DNA of 64,000 bases from Bacteriovoracaceae bacterium (GTDB lineage Bacteria > Bdellovibrionota > Bacteriovoracia > Bacteriovoracales > Bacteriovoracaceae): NCBI GenBank assembly GCA_965217035.1, contig OZ244226.1:2028146-2092145 (forward strand). The letters are read 5' to 3'. A program made the position numbers and the translations under genes. This document shows positions 38,731-47,707 of this stretch, piece by piece (position 1 is the stretch's first letter; each line of letters opens with the position of its first letter). The notes under the pieces are model-generated. The model made no database searches, was not told where the DNA came from, and was given only the letters and a program-made list of their open reading frames with translations.

Positions 38731-39741
38731 ATGACCGCGTATATAGATGTCTTGTGGCATTTTATTGAAATTTCAGCAGCCTATCTTTTATTAGGATTTT
38801 TGATTTCTGGGGTTATCCACATCTTTCTTCCTAAGGAGAAAATCAAGCAATGGTTGGGGCGAGGAGGAATAGAGGATGTGCTGAAGGCTTCTGCCGTCGG
38901 TGTCCCGTTACCACTTTGCAGTTGTTCAGTAATTCCAGTGGCATCGAGTCTCAGAAAGGCTGGAGCGAGTAATGGAGCAACTTCCTCTTTTCTTATCTCA
39001 ACACCTGAATCGGGGATTGATTCTATTGCAATGTCTTATGGAGTGCTTGATGGACCGATGGCAGTGTTTCGTCCAATTGCTGCTTTCAGTTCTGCAGTGG
39101 TTGCGGGAGGCTTAAATCAAGTTTTTAATAATCATCAATACCTTGAAGAGACAGAAAAGAAAGCGTGTTGTCATAACGAGGGAGATCATTCCCATGGGAA
39201 ACCGCCCGGATCTTTGCAACAGATTTTAAAATTTGGCTTCCAAGATCTTCTAGATGATATGATCAATTGGCTTCTGGTTGGAATCCTCTTAGGAAGTTTG
39301 ATTTCTTTTTTTGTGCCTGATAACTTTTTTCTTCAATATAACGGAGCTGTAAATCGGCTCCTTATTCTTGTGGTAGGAATTCCAATTTATATTTGTGCTT
39401 CAGCTTCAACTCCAATTGCTGCTTCATTAATCTTAAAAGGGCTTTCCCCTGGGACTGCACTTTTGTTTTTATTGGTCGGGCCGGCAACGAATGTTTCTAA
39501 TATTGCAGTTCTTCAAAAGTATATTGGTTTCAAGGGAGTTATCCTTAACTTAATTGCTATCATTTCAGTTGCACTCTTTTTTTCTTATGGAGTTGATGCT
39601 TTTTATGAGAGCTATCCGCTAAATTTGAGGTTTCAAGGGGGAAGTGATCACGAACATTCCACGTGGTACGATAAGCTTCTTGGAGTTATACTCGTGATAG
39701 TTTTGCTAAGAAGCTTTGTTCGCGTTAACTTAAAAAAATGA
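38731..39741 (+). CDS. SO_0444/ArsP-like permease (putative metal efflux)
   Basis: GVPLPLCSCSVIP, STPESGIDS, PIYICASASTP, GPATN; His-rich loops. Confidence 0.9.
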   Translation: MTAYIDVLWHFIEISAAYLLLGFLISGVIHIFLPKEKIKQWLGRGGIEDVLKASAVGVPLPLCSCSVIPVASSLRKAGASNGATSSFLISTPESGIDSIAMSYGVLDGPMAVFRPIAAFSSAVVAGGLNQVFNNHQYLEETEKKACCHNEGDHSHGKPPGSLQQILKFGFQDLLDDMINWLLVGILLGSLISFFVPDNFFLQYNGAVNRLLILVVGIPIYICASASTPIAASLILKGLSPGTALLFLLVGPATNVSNIAVLQKYIGFKGVILNLIAIISVALFFSYGVDAFYESYPLNLRFQGGSDHEHSTWYDKLLGVILVIVLLRSFVRVNLKK

Positions 39742-40715
39742 AGAAAATCTTAATCATTCAATCTGCCTTTATTGGAGATGTGATTCTTGCTACTAGTTTT
39801 ATCGAGCATGTCAGAGAACAATATCCAGAATCTGAAATTCATTTTTTTCTTCGTAAAGGAAATCAAGATCTTTTAAGAAACAATCCTCATGTCTCTAGAG
39901 TATGGATTTGGGACAAAAAAACTGGTAAGACAAAAAATCTTTGGAAGATTATCTTTCAAATGAGAAAAGAAAAATATGATCTTGCCTATAATATCCAGCG
40001 TTTTCTTTCAACAGGATTAGTGACTGTCTTTTGTGGAGCTAAAGAAACTGTCGGTTTTGATAAAAACCCTTTAAGTTTCTTATTTAATAGGAGGGTCAAA
40101 CACGAAATCCCTTGCAGGAGAGGGGATAAGGTTCTTCATGAGGTTGAAAGGAATGCTCTTCTTATTAAAGACAGATTAGTAACTAAGCGTCCTCAACTCT
40201 ATTTTGATTATGAAGCAGTTCCCGAAACTCCTTATGTGGTTATCGCCCCTTCATCAGTGTGGTTTACTAAACAATGGCCGCTTCAGAAATGGATAGAATT
40301 AACGAAACTTATAATAGAGAAGACTAATCTCTCAGTAAGAGTTATTGGAGCTCCTACAGATAAAAAATACTGTCAGCAAATTATTGACGAGGTCGATACT
40401 CCAAGAGTGGCCAATATGTGCGGGATGCTAAGTCTTCTTGATAGTGCTCAATTGATGTCGAAAGCGAAAAGAGTTTTTGTTAATGATAGTGCCCCACTTC
40501 ACCTAGCATCTTCTGTAAATGCTCCGACAACTGCCATCTTTTGCTCCACTACTAAAGAGTTTGGTTATGGACCTCTCAGCGATGACTCTATAGTAATAGA
40601 TAATGGAGAAATGGACTGCCGTCCCTGTGGTCTTCATGGAAAAAAAGAATGCCCACTTGATCACTTTGATTGTGGTGAAAAGATCTTAGTCGAAAAGGTT
40701 TTCAGAACTCTTTGA
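39738..40715 (+). CDS. GT9 glycosyltransferase (LPS heptosyltransferase-like)
   Basis: IQSAFIGDVILAT, TKQWP, NDSAPLHLAS, CRPCGLHG. Confidence 0.93.
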   Translation: MKKILIIQSAFIGDVILATSFIEHVREQYPESEIHFFLRKGNQDLLRNNPHVSRVWIWDKKTGKTKNLWKIIFQMRKEKYDLAYNIQRFLSTGLVTVFCGAKETVGFDKNPLSFLFNRRVKHEIPCRRGDKVLHEVERNALLIKDRLVTKRPQLYFDYEAVPETPYVVIAPSSVWFTKQWPLQKWIELTKLIIEKTNLSVRVIGAPTDKKYCQQIIDEVDTPRVANMCGMLSLLDSAQLMSKAKRVFVNDSAPLHLASSVNAPTTAIFCSTTKEFGYGPLSDDSIVIDNGEMDCRPCGLHGKKECPLDHFDCGEKILVEKVFRTL

Positions 40716-40788
40716 GTCGCCTTCGCATCCTGCTACGGATGTTGCATTTAGCGACACTAGATCTCTGGCTCCTGCCCTCGGATGTGTC
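40716..40788. repeat. REP-like nested palindrome
   Basis: GTCGC..GCATCC-loop-GGATGT..GCGAC; shares CTCCTGCCCTCG with the 63426 element in reverse orientation. Confidence 0.4.
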
Positions 40789-40870
40789 TAATGTTTTTAC
40801 ACCTGTTAGAATATTAGAAACCTTCTGACACTTTTCGCTTTTTAACTTATTAAAATTACTTTCTAATTTT

Positions 40871-40886
40871 TGGCACGGAACTTGTA
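40871..40886 (+). promoter_or_regulatory. Sigma54 promoter
   Basis: TGGCACGGAACTTGTA, ~35 bp before the start codon. Confidence 0.65.
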
Positions 40887-40920
40887 TATATAGTTTCCAA
40901 ACCATTAATCGGGAGTGTTT

Positions 40921-41697
40921 ATGAAACGAACAATGACAGGACGAAGTCCTAACTTTTTAGTCACTTTAAATGGCAGCTTATTAGTAGTTGCAATGTTATT
41001 CTTATTCGTATCTTGTGGAAATGATGACAACAATAATAATAACAACCCGTGGGCTGCTAATGGACCACAGCAATGTTTTAACCCAATCAATAATCAATCC
41101 TACACATGTTACCCAGGTGATCCTAACTATCCAGGTGGATTCCAAAATCCAGGTCTTAATGGATTCCCTAATGGGTTTAACGTTCAAACTTATGATCAAT
41201 TAAGAGCAACATTCAATGGAATGGCGATGAATACAAACACATCAGTTGATAGCTCAGTTGTTCTAAACACATCAACTTTTGGATTTAATTCAGATATTCT
41301 TGTTGTTAAGAGTTTTAGTGCTGACGGAAACTCTGCTCAAATCGAAGTTGTTGATAATCAAGGATACGACATCGATGGATACACACTTACTAAACAAGAA
41401 GTTTTAGAAGATATTTTTGGAGAAAATCAAAACTATACTTCTACTTATCAAGTATACCCAATTCAAATCTGTACTCAGAGTGGAAGGTTTTTAACTGGAT
41501 ATGAAATTGTAGAATTCACACAAAGCTTTGGCGGAATCTTTCAAACTCAGGGAGTTGGAAGCCGAGTTATTGTAAGTCCGGATATGCCTTTCTTTGCTAA
41601 CCCACTTTATAAATCGGAAGGGTTTAGTACACCAAGAAATGTTATTAATGTTAACAGAGAGAACATCACGATTGGATGTGGTTCCTTCGGTTGGTAA
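40921..41697 (+). CDS. Hypothetical Asn/Gln/Pro-rich lipoprotein
   Basis: GGAG RBS; lipobox FVSC followed by an N7 run. Confidence 0.75.
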   Translation: MKRTMTGRSPNFLVTLNGSLLVVAMLFLFVSCGNDDNNNNNNPWAANGPQQCFNPINNQSYTCYPGDPNYPGGFQNPGLNGFPNGFNVQTYDQLRATFNGMAMNTNTSVDSSVVLNTSTFGFNSDILVVKSFSADGNSAQIEVVDNQGYDIDGYTLTKQEVLEDIFGENQNYTSTYQVYPIQICTQSGRFLTGYEIVEFTQSFGGIFQTQGVGSRVIVSPDMPFFANPLYKSEGFSTPRNVINVNRENITIGCGSFGW

Positions 41698-41728
41698 TCA
41701 ATTAGAAATCTTTAAAACATACCCGATT

Positions 41729-41763
41729 AAAAGAGTAAGCCTTAAGGCTTACTCTTTTTTTTT
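41729..41763. terminator. Intrinsic (bidirectional) terminator
   Basis: Perfect palindrome AAAAGAGTAAGCCTTAAGGCTTACTCTTTT + T run. Confidence 0.9.
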
Positions 41764-41824
41764 ATGTCCTTATAATATATGATTCTAATGGGCTATTTCC
41801 CAATTAGAAACTCGGAGGACTCCT

Positions 41825-43534
41825 ATGGCGAAGTATTATTCAGATCTTGAAGATGTTGAATTTAACCTTTTTCATTTTTTAAAAATTCAAAACTTTGAAG
41901 AATATGGCCTTGATGCCAATGACATGAAAGGGATTCTCATTGAATATGATAAATTTATCGAGAATGAGATTTTTCCTTCTCGAGAGCCTTCTGATTTAGA
42001 AGGAGTTCGTCATGAAAACGGTAATGTCATTGCTCCTGAATCTTTAAAGAAATTTCATAAAGCTTATCATGATAATGGATGGTTTAGTCTTGGACTTCCA
42101 GAAGCCATTGGTGGAACACCTGTTCCTGAAGCGCTTGCGATGGGATCTGTTTCCCTTGCAACAGGTGCTAACACTGCTTATGCCATGTACCCGGGGCTTT
42201 CAAAAGCTGCTCTCAACGTTATTAACTTGAAGGGTACAGATGAAATGAAAAATCGATATATTCCAAAGATGATGGAAGGTCTTTGGAGTGGAACAATGTG
42301 TTTAACTGAAGCGGGAGCTGGATCTGATGTTGGGGCTTTAAGAACAACTGCAAATCCCAATGATGATGGTTCTTATAATATTAAAGGAGTGAAGATTTTC
42401 ATCTCGGGAGGAGATTCTGATCTTTATGAAAATACAGTTCACCTTGTTCTAGCAAAAACTCCAGGAGCAGAAGAAGGAACAAAAGGAATTTCACTTTTCG
42501 TTGTCCCTAAGCATCTGGTCAATGATGATCAATCACTTGGTGACTTCAATAATGTTGCTTGTACGAAAATCGAACATAAAATGGGAATTCATGCTTCTGC
42601 AACTTGTGAACTAACCTTCGGAGGAGAAGGTGATTGCAAAGGCTGGTTGATTGGTGATGAGTTTGATGGAATGGCTACTATGTTCATCATGATGAATGAA
42701 GCAAGAATTCTTTGCGGAATTCAAGGCGAAGCTCAGGCGAACCTTGCTTACTTAATGGCTGAAAACTATGCGAAGGAAAGAGTTCAGTTTGGAACAGAGA
42801 TTTCCAATCATCCGGATGTAAAAAGAATGTTGTTTAAAATGAGAGCTTCCGCAAGAGGATTAAGGGCCCTTATCCTTTACACAGCGAATCTCTTTGATGA
42901 AGTTAAAGAAAAAGCTGAACTTCAAGGAAGGATTGAACTCTTAACTCCTATTTGTAAAGCCTATACAACTGAGGAAGGTTTGCTTGCTTCCCTTGAGGCG
43001 GTTCAGGTTCATGGTGGCTATGGATATTGCCAAGAGTACGGAGTGGAACAATTCGTAAGAGATACTGTTATTGCGAAAATTTATGAAGGAACAAACGGAA
43101 TCCAGGCAATGGATTTTGTTATGAGAAAAATTTTAAAGGACCAAGGTCAAAGTATCACTCTACTTTTAAAAGACATTGGTCGCTTTGTTGAAAATCTCAA
43201 TGCTGATTACCAATACGAGCAATCTGTTTTCGGAGGAGCTCTTAAAGATTTTCAAAATGTTCTTGGACTTATTCAGAAACAAGCAGGGGATAAGGATTTC
43301 AATCCGATTCTTGAAAACTGTTTCGACACACTCATGATGGCCTCCCACTTAACAACGGCTTGGTTGTTAGGTCGACATGCTTTAGAGGCTCAATCAGCAG
43401 ATGTTTCTGAGAAATTAAAGAAGACCAAAAAAGAAGACTTTAGCATCTATTGTCGTTATTTTCTCACTAAAAACGCTGGTTTAGCCCAGTCTATGCTTGG
43501 TGGAGGACCTAATGTATCAAGCCTAGAGCTTTAA
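41825..43534 (+). CDS. Acyl-CoA dehydrogenase
   Basis: GTMCLTEAGAGSDVG, KIFISGG, IEHKMGIHASATC, QVHGGYGY, IYEGTNGIQA. Confidence 0.97.
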   Translation: MAKYYSDLEDVEFNLFHFLKIQNFEEYGLDANDMKGILIEYDKFIENEIFPSREPSDLEGVRHENGNVIAPESLKKFHKAYHDNGWFSLGLPEAIGGTPVPEALAMGSVSLATGANTAYAMYPGLSKAALNVINLKGTDEMKNRYIPKMMEGLWSGTMCLTEAGAGSDVGALRTTANPNDDGSYNIKGVKIFISGGDSDLYENTVHLVLAKTPGAEEGTKGISLFVVPKHLVNDDQSLGDFNNVACTKIEHKMGIHASATCELTFGGEGDCKGWLIGDEFDGMATMFIMMNEARILCGIQGEAQANLAYLMAENYAKERVQFGTEISNHPDVKRMLFKMRASARGLRALILYTANLFDEVKEKAELQGRIELLTPICKAYTTEEGLLASLEAVQVHGGYGYCQEYGVEQFVRDTVIAKIYEGTNGIQAMDFVMRKILKDQGQSITLLLKDIGRFVENLNADYQYEQSVFGGALKDFQNVLGLIQKQAGDKDFNPILENCFDTLMMASHLTTAWLLGRHALEAQSADVSEKLKKTKKEDFSIYCRYFLTKNAGLAQSMLGGGPNVSSLEL

Positions 43535-43586
43535 GCGTATCCGTGCTAAAATAGCTGGGTATACAACTTAAACTTAAAGGTTATCT

Positions 43587-44405
43587 GTGAAAAATGAAAT
43601 TTACGAGCTTGCTCGTGAGTTCTCTTCTGAGACTCATGGGAGCTCAACCTATGGCGAAGACGAAGTTTTCGTGATGGGAGACAAAGTATCGGAATACGTT
43701 CCGCTGAGTTTTGTTTCCAAAAAATTTAATAAAATTCAATCTCCTTCAGATTTGAAAGAGACAGGCTTTGTTTATAGTTCTGCTGATTTCTTAGATGATG
43801 ATGAATTTTCTGACTGGTATAAAAATCAATTTAATAAGAAGCTTACTTTAAAAGCGAAAAAAGCTATTGGGATTTTACATTATCCTGATGAACTTGCGAT
43901 CCATGCGGCGATTGAAAAAATTGTTGAAACTTATACAGTCTTAAGAAGTCGAAATGTCATTAATAATGGCAAGAACCTTCCTGTTCAATTGGGAGAGTGG
44001 TACGCAAAGTGTTCATTCGGATTAAGGCAAATAAAGTCAAGCTCCCAGAGAGGATTCGATTTCTATACAGAAGATCAAAAAAGAGTTGAGGTTATTGTTA
44101 ATTGGAGTGATCGCTCTTCTCCAAAAGGTGTTAAGTTAAAAAAATCCCTCGTTGATCTGAGTGATATGTGTATCATTCTTTACATGTCTTCTGATTTTAT
44201 GATCAAAGACATCCTTTTATTAGACTCCGATTTTATTAAAAGAAAATTTGGAGGAAAAGGGCATACGATCTTTTTAAAAGATAATATGGTTTCTTCTTAT
44301 TTTTTTAGTATCTCTGGTAAGCATTTTGATAAAGTTGTGAACAAGAATTTTTTAATGAAATTTGCTTCGCAAGCCTTTGTTATGAAGCTTGATGGAAGGC
44401 TATAG
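43587..44405 (+). CDS. Hypothetical protein with PD-(D/E)xK-like C-terminal motifs
   Basis: LGEWYA...GFDFY...RVEV. Confidence 0.6.
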   Translation: MKNEIYELAREFSSETHGSSTYGEDEVFVMGDKVSEYVPLSFVSKKFNKIQSPSDLKETGFVYSSADFLDDDEFSDWYKNQFNKKLTLKAKKAIGILHYPDELAIHAAIEKIVETYTVLRSRNVINNGKNLPVQLGEWYAKCSFGLRQIKSSSQRGFDFYTEDQKRVEVIVNWSDRSSPKGVKLKKSLVDLSDMCIILYMSSDFMIKDILLLDSDFIKRKFGGKGHTIFLKDNMVSSYFFSISGKHFDKVVNKNFLMKFASQAFVMKLDGRL

Positions 44406-44885
44406 TTTAAAAACTCCCACCATTGAAGTCCTTAAAGGAATTTTCCCGTTTAGCAAATCAGCCTTTAAATCTTCTAATTTATAAGGAATGATTTCTTGTA
44501 TCGTATGTTCTCCATCTGGATTGGGAATCTTTGATTCGCTTAATTCTCGAGCAACAACAATTTTTTGAAAATTATTAACAGTCCCTGTGTTTGTGATTTC
44601 CCAGAGAAGTTCGATCTCTTCACATTTATAGCCAATCTCTTCTTGCATTTCTCGATTCACATTCTCAAAGAGATCATACTCTTCCTCATAAATACCGGTA
44701 ACAGGCTTGATCCGAGAATTAGGAGTTTCATGAGGTCTGAGCTCACGAATCATTAAAATTTCACCCTTCTCATTGATGGGAAAGACCACAAGTCCACCTT
44801 TTAAGAAGACGCGCTCCCAAACTTGGTTATCAATTGTGTGTTCTTTTACTTGAATGTATTTACCGTTATAAACATCTTTGATCAT
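44400..44885 (-). CDS. NUDIX hydrolase (ADP-ribose pyrophosphatase-like)
   Basis: GIYEEE.....NREMQEEIG Nudix box. Confidence 0.88.
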   Translation of the reverse strand: MIKDVYNGKYIQVKEHTIDNQVWERVFLKGGLVVFPINEKGEILMIRELRPHETPNSRIKPVTGIYEEEYDLFENVNREMQEEIGYKCEEIELLWEITNTGTVNNFQKIVVARELSESKIPNPDGEHTIQEIIPYKLEDLKADLLNGKIPLRTSMVGVFKL

Positions 44886-44912
44886 TGGATTATCTTAAGG
44901 GATTTTTTGGAC

Positions 44913-44938
44913 AAAAAAAAGCGGATCTTACGATCCGC
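44913..44938 (-). terminator. Intrinsic terminator
   Basis: GCGGATC-GTAA-GATCCGC + T8 on the minus strand. Confidence 0.9.
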
Positions 44939-44963
44939 CTTCAATGTTTCTTCAACAAAAAAA

Positions 44964-46127
44964 CTAGAGAAAAAGCTGACTCATAATCTTTTGAGTATGG
45001 TCAGGTGTGATTTCATTGAGCTCAGAAGCTTTCTTAACAATCTTATTAAGTTGTGCTGAATTTCCAGTAAGGGAAGCTTTGTAAGCATCTTGCATCTCTT
45101 TGAAATTGGCCCCGAGAATTCTCTTTGAAAAAGTATTAACGGATCCCATATTCATTTCACCGGCGTTACTCGACTTAATCATATGATTCGCGAGTTTTGC
45201 AATTTGATGAGAACGTTTCTCAGAAAGAGCAAACTTCGTAATAAGTTGATTCTTCATCGCACCAACAATGTATTTATTAAGTATTGCTTTTTTCTTCTTG
45301 GTATCAACAGTCATACCAGCAGTGGAAGAAAGAAGAAGTTTTTTGTTTGTCGGATCAGTAAGAACTTGTTTCGGTGTTTTCATCTTATCGAAATCAATAA
45401 GATCATTGAGAAAACTTCCCACAAGTTTTTGAGCTTGTGCTTTCTTCCCAGAAGAAGATCCACCAGCTGCAAACCAACCGTCATCAAATCCTACGTTATA
45501 GCCATCGTCGTAACCATAGCCATAACCATCATCAAATCCGATATCGTAACCGTCGTCGATTCCAAAGTCATAGCCATCAGAAAATCCGACAGCATCACCA
45601 TCGTAGAAACCAGTATCGTAACCATCTTGAAGGCCATCGTCATACCCGATGTCGTAACCCGCAAGCTCTCCATCTACGAGCCCGTCAATGTATCCGGTGT
45701 TATAAGTATCATCGAATCCATCAGCGTGACCTTCATTAAATGCTTCATCATATCCGTTATTGTAACCAGTATTATAACCGGTATTATAACCATCTTGAAC
45801 TCCGTTCCCATATCCTCGATCGTAAGCTTCTTGGTTATCTCCTGCGACATAACCATCATCATAACCCTGCCAGTATTCTGGATTGGCGTGATCCACAAGT
45901 GCTTGTTGGTAACCAGCCTGGTAACCCTGAACCTCACCAAAGGAATAGCCTGTATCATAGCCGCTCGCTTCTCCATCAGTATAACCATCGGCGTAACCTT
46001 CAGATTGAGCTTGATCATAGGCTTGATCAACAGCAGAGTTGTACTCATCAGAAGAGTACTTACAACTAAAAAGTACAAAAGAAAGAGCAACAAGAATGGA
46101 CGTTTTAAGTAAATTTTTAAATTTCAT
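44964..46127 (-). CDS. Lipoprotein with long acidic GYxxG repeat region (paralog B)
   Basis: Lipobox LFSC; ~190 aa of G-Y/F-x-x tetrads; basic helical C-terminal domain. Confidence 0.85.
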   Translation of the reverse strand: MKFKNLLKTSILVALSFVLFSCKYSSDEYNSAVDQAYDQAQSEGYADGYTDGEASGYDTGYSFGEVQGYQAGYQQALVDHANPEYWQGYDDGYVAGDNQEAYDRGYGNGVQDGYNTGYNTGYNNGYDEAFNEGHADGFDDTYNTGYIDGLVDGELAGYDIGYDDGLQDGYDTGFYDGDAVGFSDGYDFGIDDGYDIGFDDGYGYGYDDGYNVGFDDGWFAAGGSSSGKKAQAQKLVGSFLNDLIDFDKMKTPKQVLTDPTNKKLLLSSTAGMTVDTKKKKAILNKYIVGAMKNQLITKFALSEKRSHQIAKLANHMIKSSNAGEMNMGSVNTFSKRILGANFKEMQDAYKASLTGNSAQLNKIVKKASELNEITPDHTQKIMSQLFL

Positions 46128-46139
46128 CTTTTTTTCCTC

Positions 46140-46168
46140 AAAAAAAGAGGGCGGCTTAAATACCGCCC
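46140..46168 (-). terminator. Terminator-like hairpin between the two paralogs
   Basis: GGGCGG-loop-CCGCCC-TC-T7, directly followed by GAGG RBS. Confidence 0.7.
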
Positions 46169-46178
46169 ACATTCTTGT

Positions 46179-47333
46179 CTACAAGAACAGCTGTCCCATA
46201 ATCTTTTGTGTATGCTCAGGCGTGATTTCATTTAACTCAGCTGCTTTATTAACAATTGAATTAAGTTCTTTTGAATTACCTTTAATCGATTTCTTGAAAG
46301 CATCTTGCATTTTAGAAAAATTCGAACCAAGAACTTTCTCAGAGAAGCTGTTGACAGTAGTCATATTGAGCTCTCCGCTATTACTTGCTTTGATCATGTG
46401 ATTAGCAAGTTTTGCAATTTGATGAGAACGTTTCTCAGAAAGACCAAACTTCGTAATAAGTTGATTCTTCATCGCACCAACAATGTACTTGTTAAGTATT
46501 GCTTTTTTCTTCTTAGTATCAACTGTCATACCTGCAGTCGAAGAAAGAAGAAGCTTTTTATTAGAAGGATCCGTAAGAACTTGCTTTGGAGACTTCATTT
46601 TATCGAAGTCAATCAAGTCGTTTAGGAAAGTTGCAGTAAGAGCTTGGGCAGCAGATCTTTTATCTGAGCTTGATCCACCAGCTGCATACCAACCGTCGTC
46701 AAAACCGATACCATATCCATCGCCATAACCGACATCATACCCATCATCAAAACCGATATCGTATCCATCGTCTACACCAACATCATAACCATCATCGAAT
46801 CCATTATTATAACCATCGCTAACACCAACGTCATAACCATCATTCACACCATCATCGTATCCAACATCATAAGAAACAAGGACTCCGTCATCGAAACCAT
46901 CGTCGTAACCAGTATTGTACCCATCTGCAACACCAGCGTTGTAACCATCAACGTATCCGTCAGCGTCGCCATCTGTGTATCCATCAGAATAACCACTTGT
47001 GTAACCGACTGAAGATCCGTCGTTATAACCACGGTTATAACCGGCGGTATCACCGTCAGCATAACCATCATTGTAACCATCGTTATAATCGAGGTTACCA
47101 GCGTCTAAGACACCCTGAGCATAACCTTGAGAATAACCATCTGTTTGGCCTTGGGCATAACCCGAGTTAAAGCCATCACTCTCACCATCGTTGTAACCTG
47201 AATTATAACCATTGTTATAACCGTTACTTTCAGCCTGGTTAACTGCGCTGTCTAAATCACTTTGTGAATACTTGCAGGAAGTTAAACCGAAACTGATGGA
47301 GAGAACAAGAGCTGAAGTTAAAATCTTGTTCAT
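46179..47333 (-). CDS. Lipoprotein with long acidic GYxxG repeat region (paralog A)
   Basis: Lipobox LTSC; same architecture; C-terminal domain highly similar to paralog B. Confidence 0.85.
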   Translation of the reverse strand: MNKILTSALVLSISFGLTSCKYSQSDLDSAVNQAESNGYNNGYNSGYNDGESDGFNSGYAQGQTDGYSQGYAQGVLDAGNLDYNDGYNDGYADGDTAGYNRGYNDGSSVGYTSGYSDGYTDGDADGYVDGYNAGVADGYNTGYDDGFDDGVLVSYDVGYDDGVNDGYDVGVSDGYNNGFDDGYDVGVDDGYDIGFDDGYDVGYGDGYGIGFDDGWYAAGGSSSDKRSAAQALTATFLNDLIDFDKMKSPKQVLTDPSNKKLLLSSTAGMTVDTKKKKAILNKYIVGAMKNQLITKFGLSEKRSHQIAKLANHMIKASNSGELNMTTVNSFSEKVLGSNFSKMQDAFKKSIKGNSKELNSIVNKAAELNEITPEHTQKIMGQLFL

Positions 47334-47478
47334 CACACCTTTCTCCTTGTTAAAAAATGAAACTCTCAACGAGCTCCTCCATATGTTAAAAATAAACACT
47401 GCATAAAATTGCAAAGCTTATACAGCCTTTAAAGTTCGTGTTTGTTTTCATCCATGAAACTGTTCTTATCCTTCTATT

Positions 47479-47494
47479 TACAAAAAACGTGCCA
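47479..47494 (-). promoter_or_regulatory. Sigma54 promoter of the GY-repeat genes
   Basis: TGGCACGTTTTTTGTA on the minus strand. Confidence 0.6.
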
Positions 47495-47605
47495 AGGAAA
47501 ATGGCGTTGTCACGGGACGCAATGACCCTGAAAAAACTACATTGGAGTTCTTATAGTCACTGAATGATTGGGAATGGTGTCGGAATGCCTTTTACACTCT
47601 TCTTA

Positions 47606-47707
47606 TTTAACTTCTCAGGTTCGTAAAACTTCTCCGCTCGCTGATTGCGACGTACCAAGGCGTACGCCTCATCATCTCGAGATTGTTTTCCTGCCTGAGA
47701 AGCTAAA
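47606..47707. repeat. REP/MITE-like long palindromic element
   Basis: CTTCTCAGG/CCTGAGAAG ends; nested AAAAC/GTTTT, CTCG/CGAG, TGAT/ATCA, CGTAC/GTACG. Confidence 0.6.

Noticed and set aside
38557..38760. 67-aa ORF
   Set aside because: Overlaps tRNA-Asp
45183..46112. 309-aa + strand ORF and other overlapping ORFs over the GY-repeat genes
   Set aside because: Antisense shadows of low-complexity codon repeats
45480..47230. Short periodic repeats resembling a CRISPR array or VNTR
   Set aside because: 12-nt coding periodicity without unique spacers; no cas genes
44964..47333. DGR template/variable repeat pair
   Set aside because: Both copies are coding, mismatches are not adenine-specific, and no reverse transcriptase is present
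47495..47540. c-di-GMP-I riboswitch (GGGACGCAA)
   Set aside because: Lacks the GCAAA/GNRA P2 stem and P3, and is on the opposite strand to the adjacent genes
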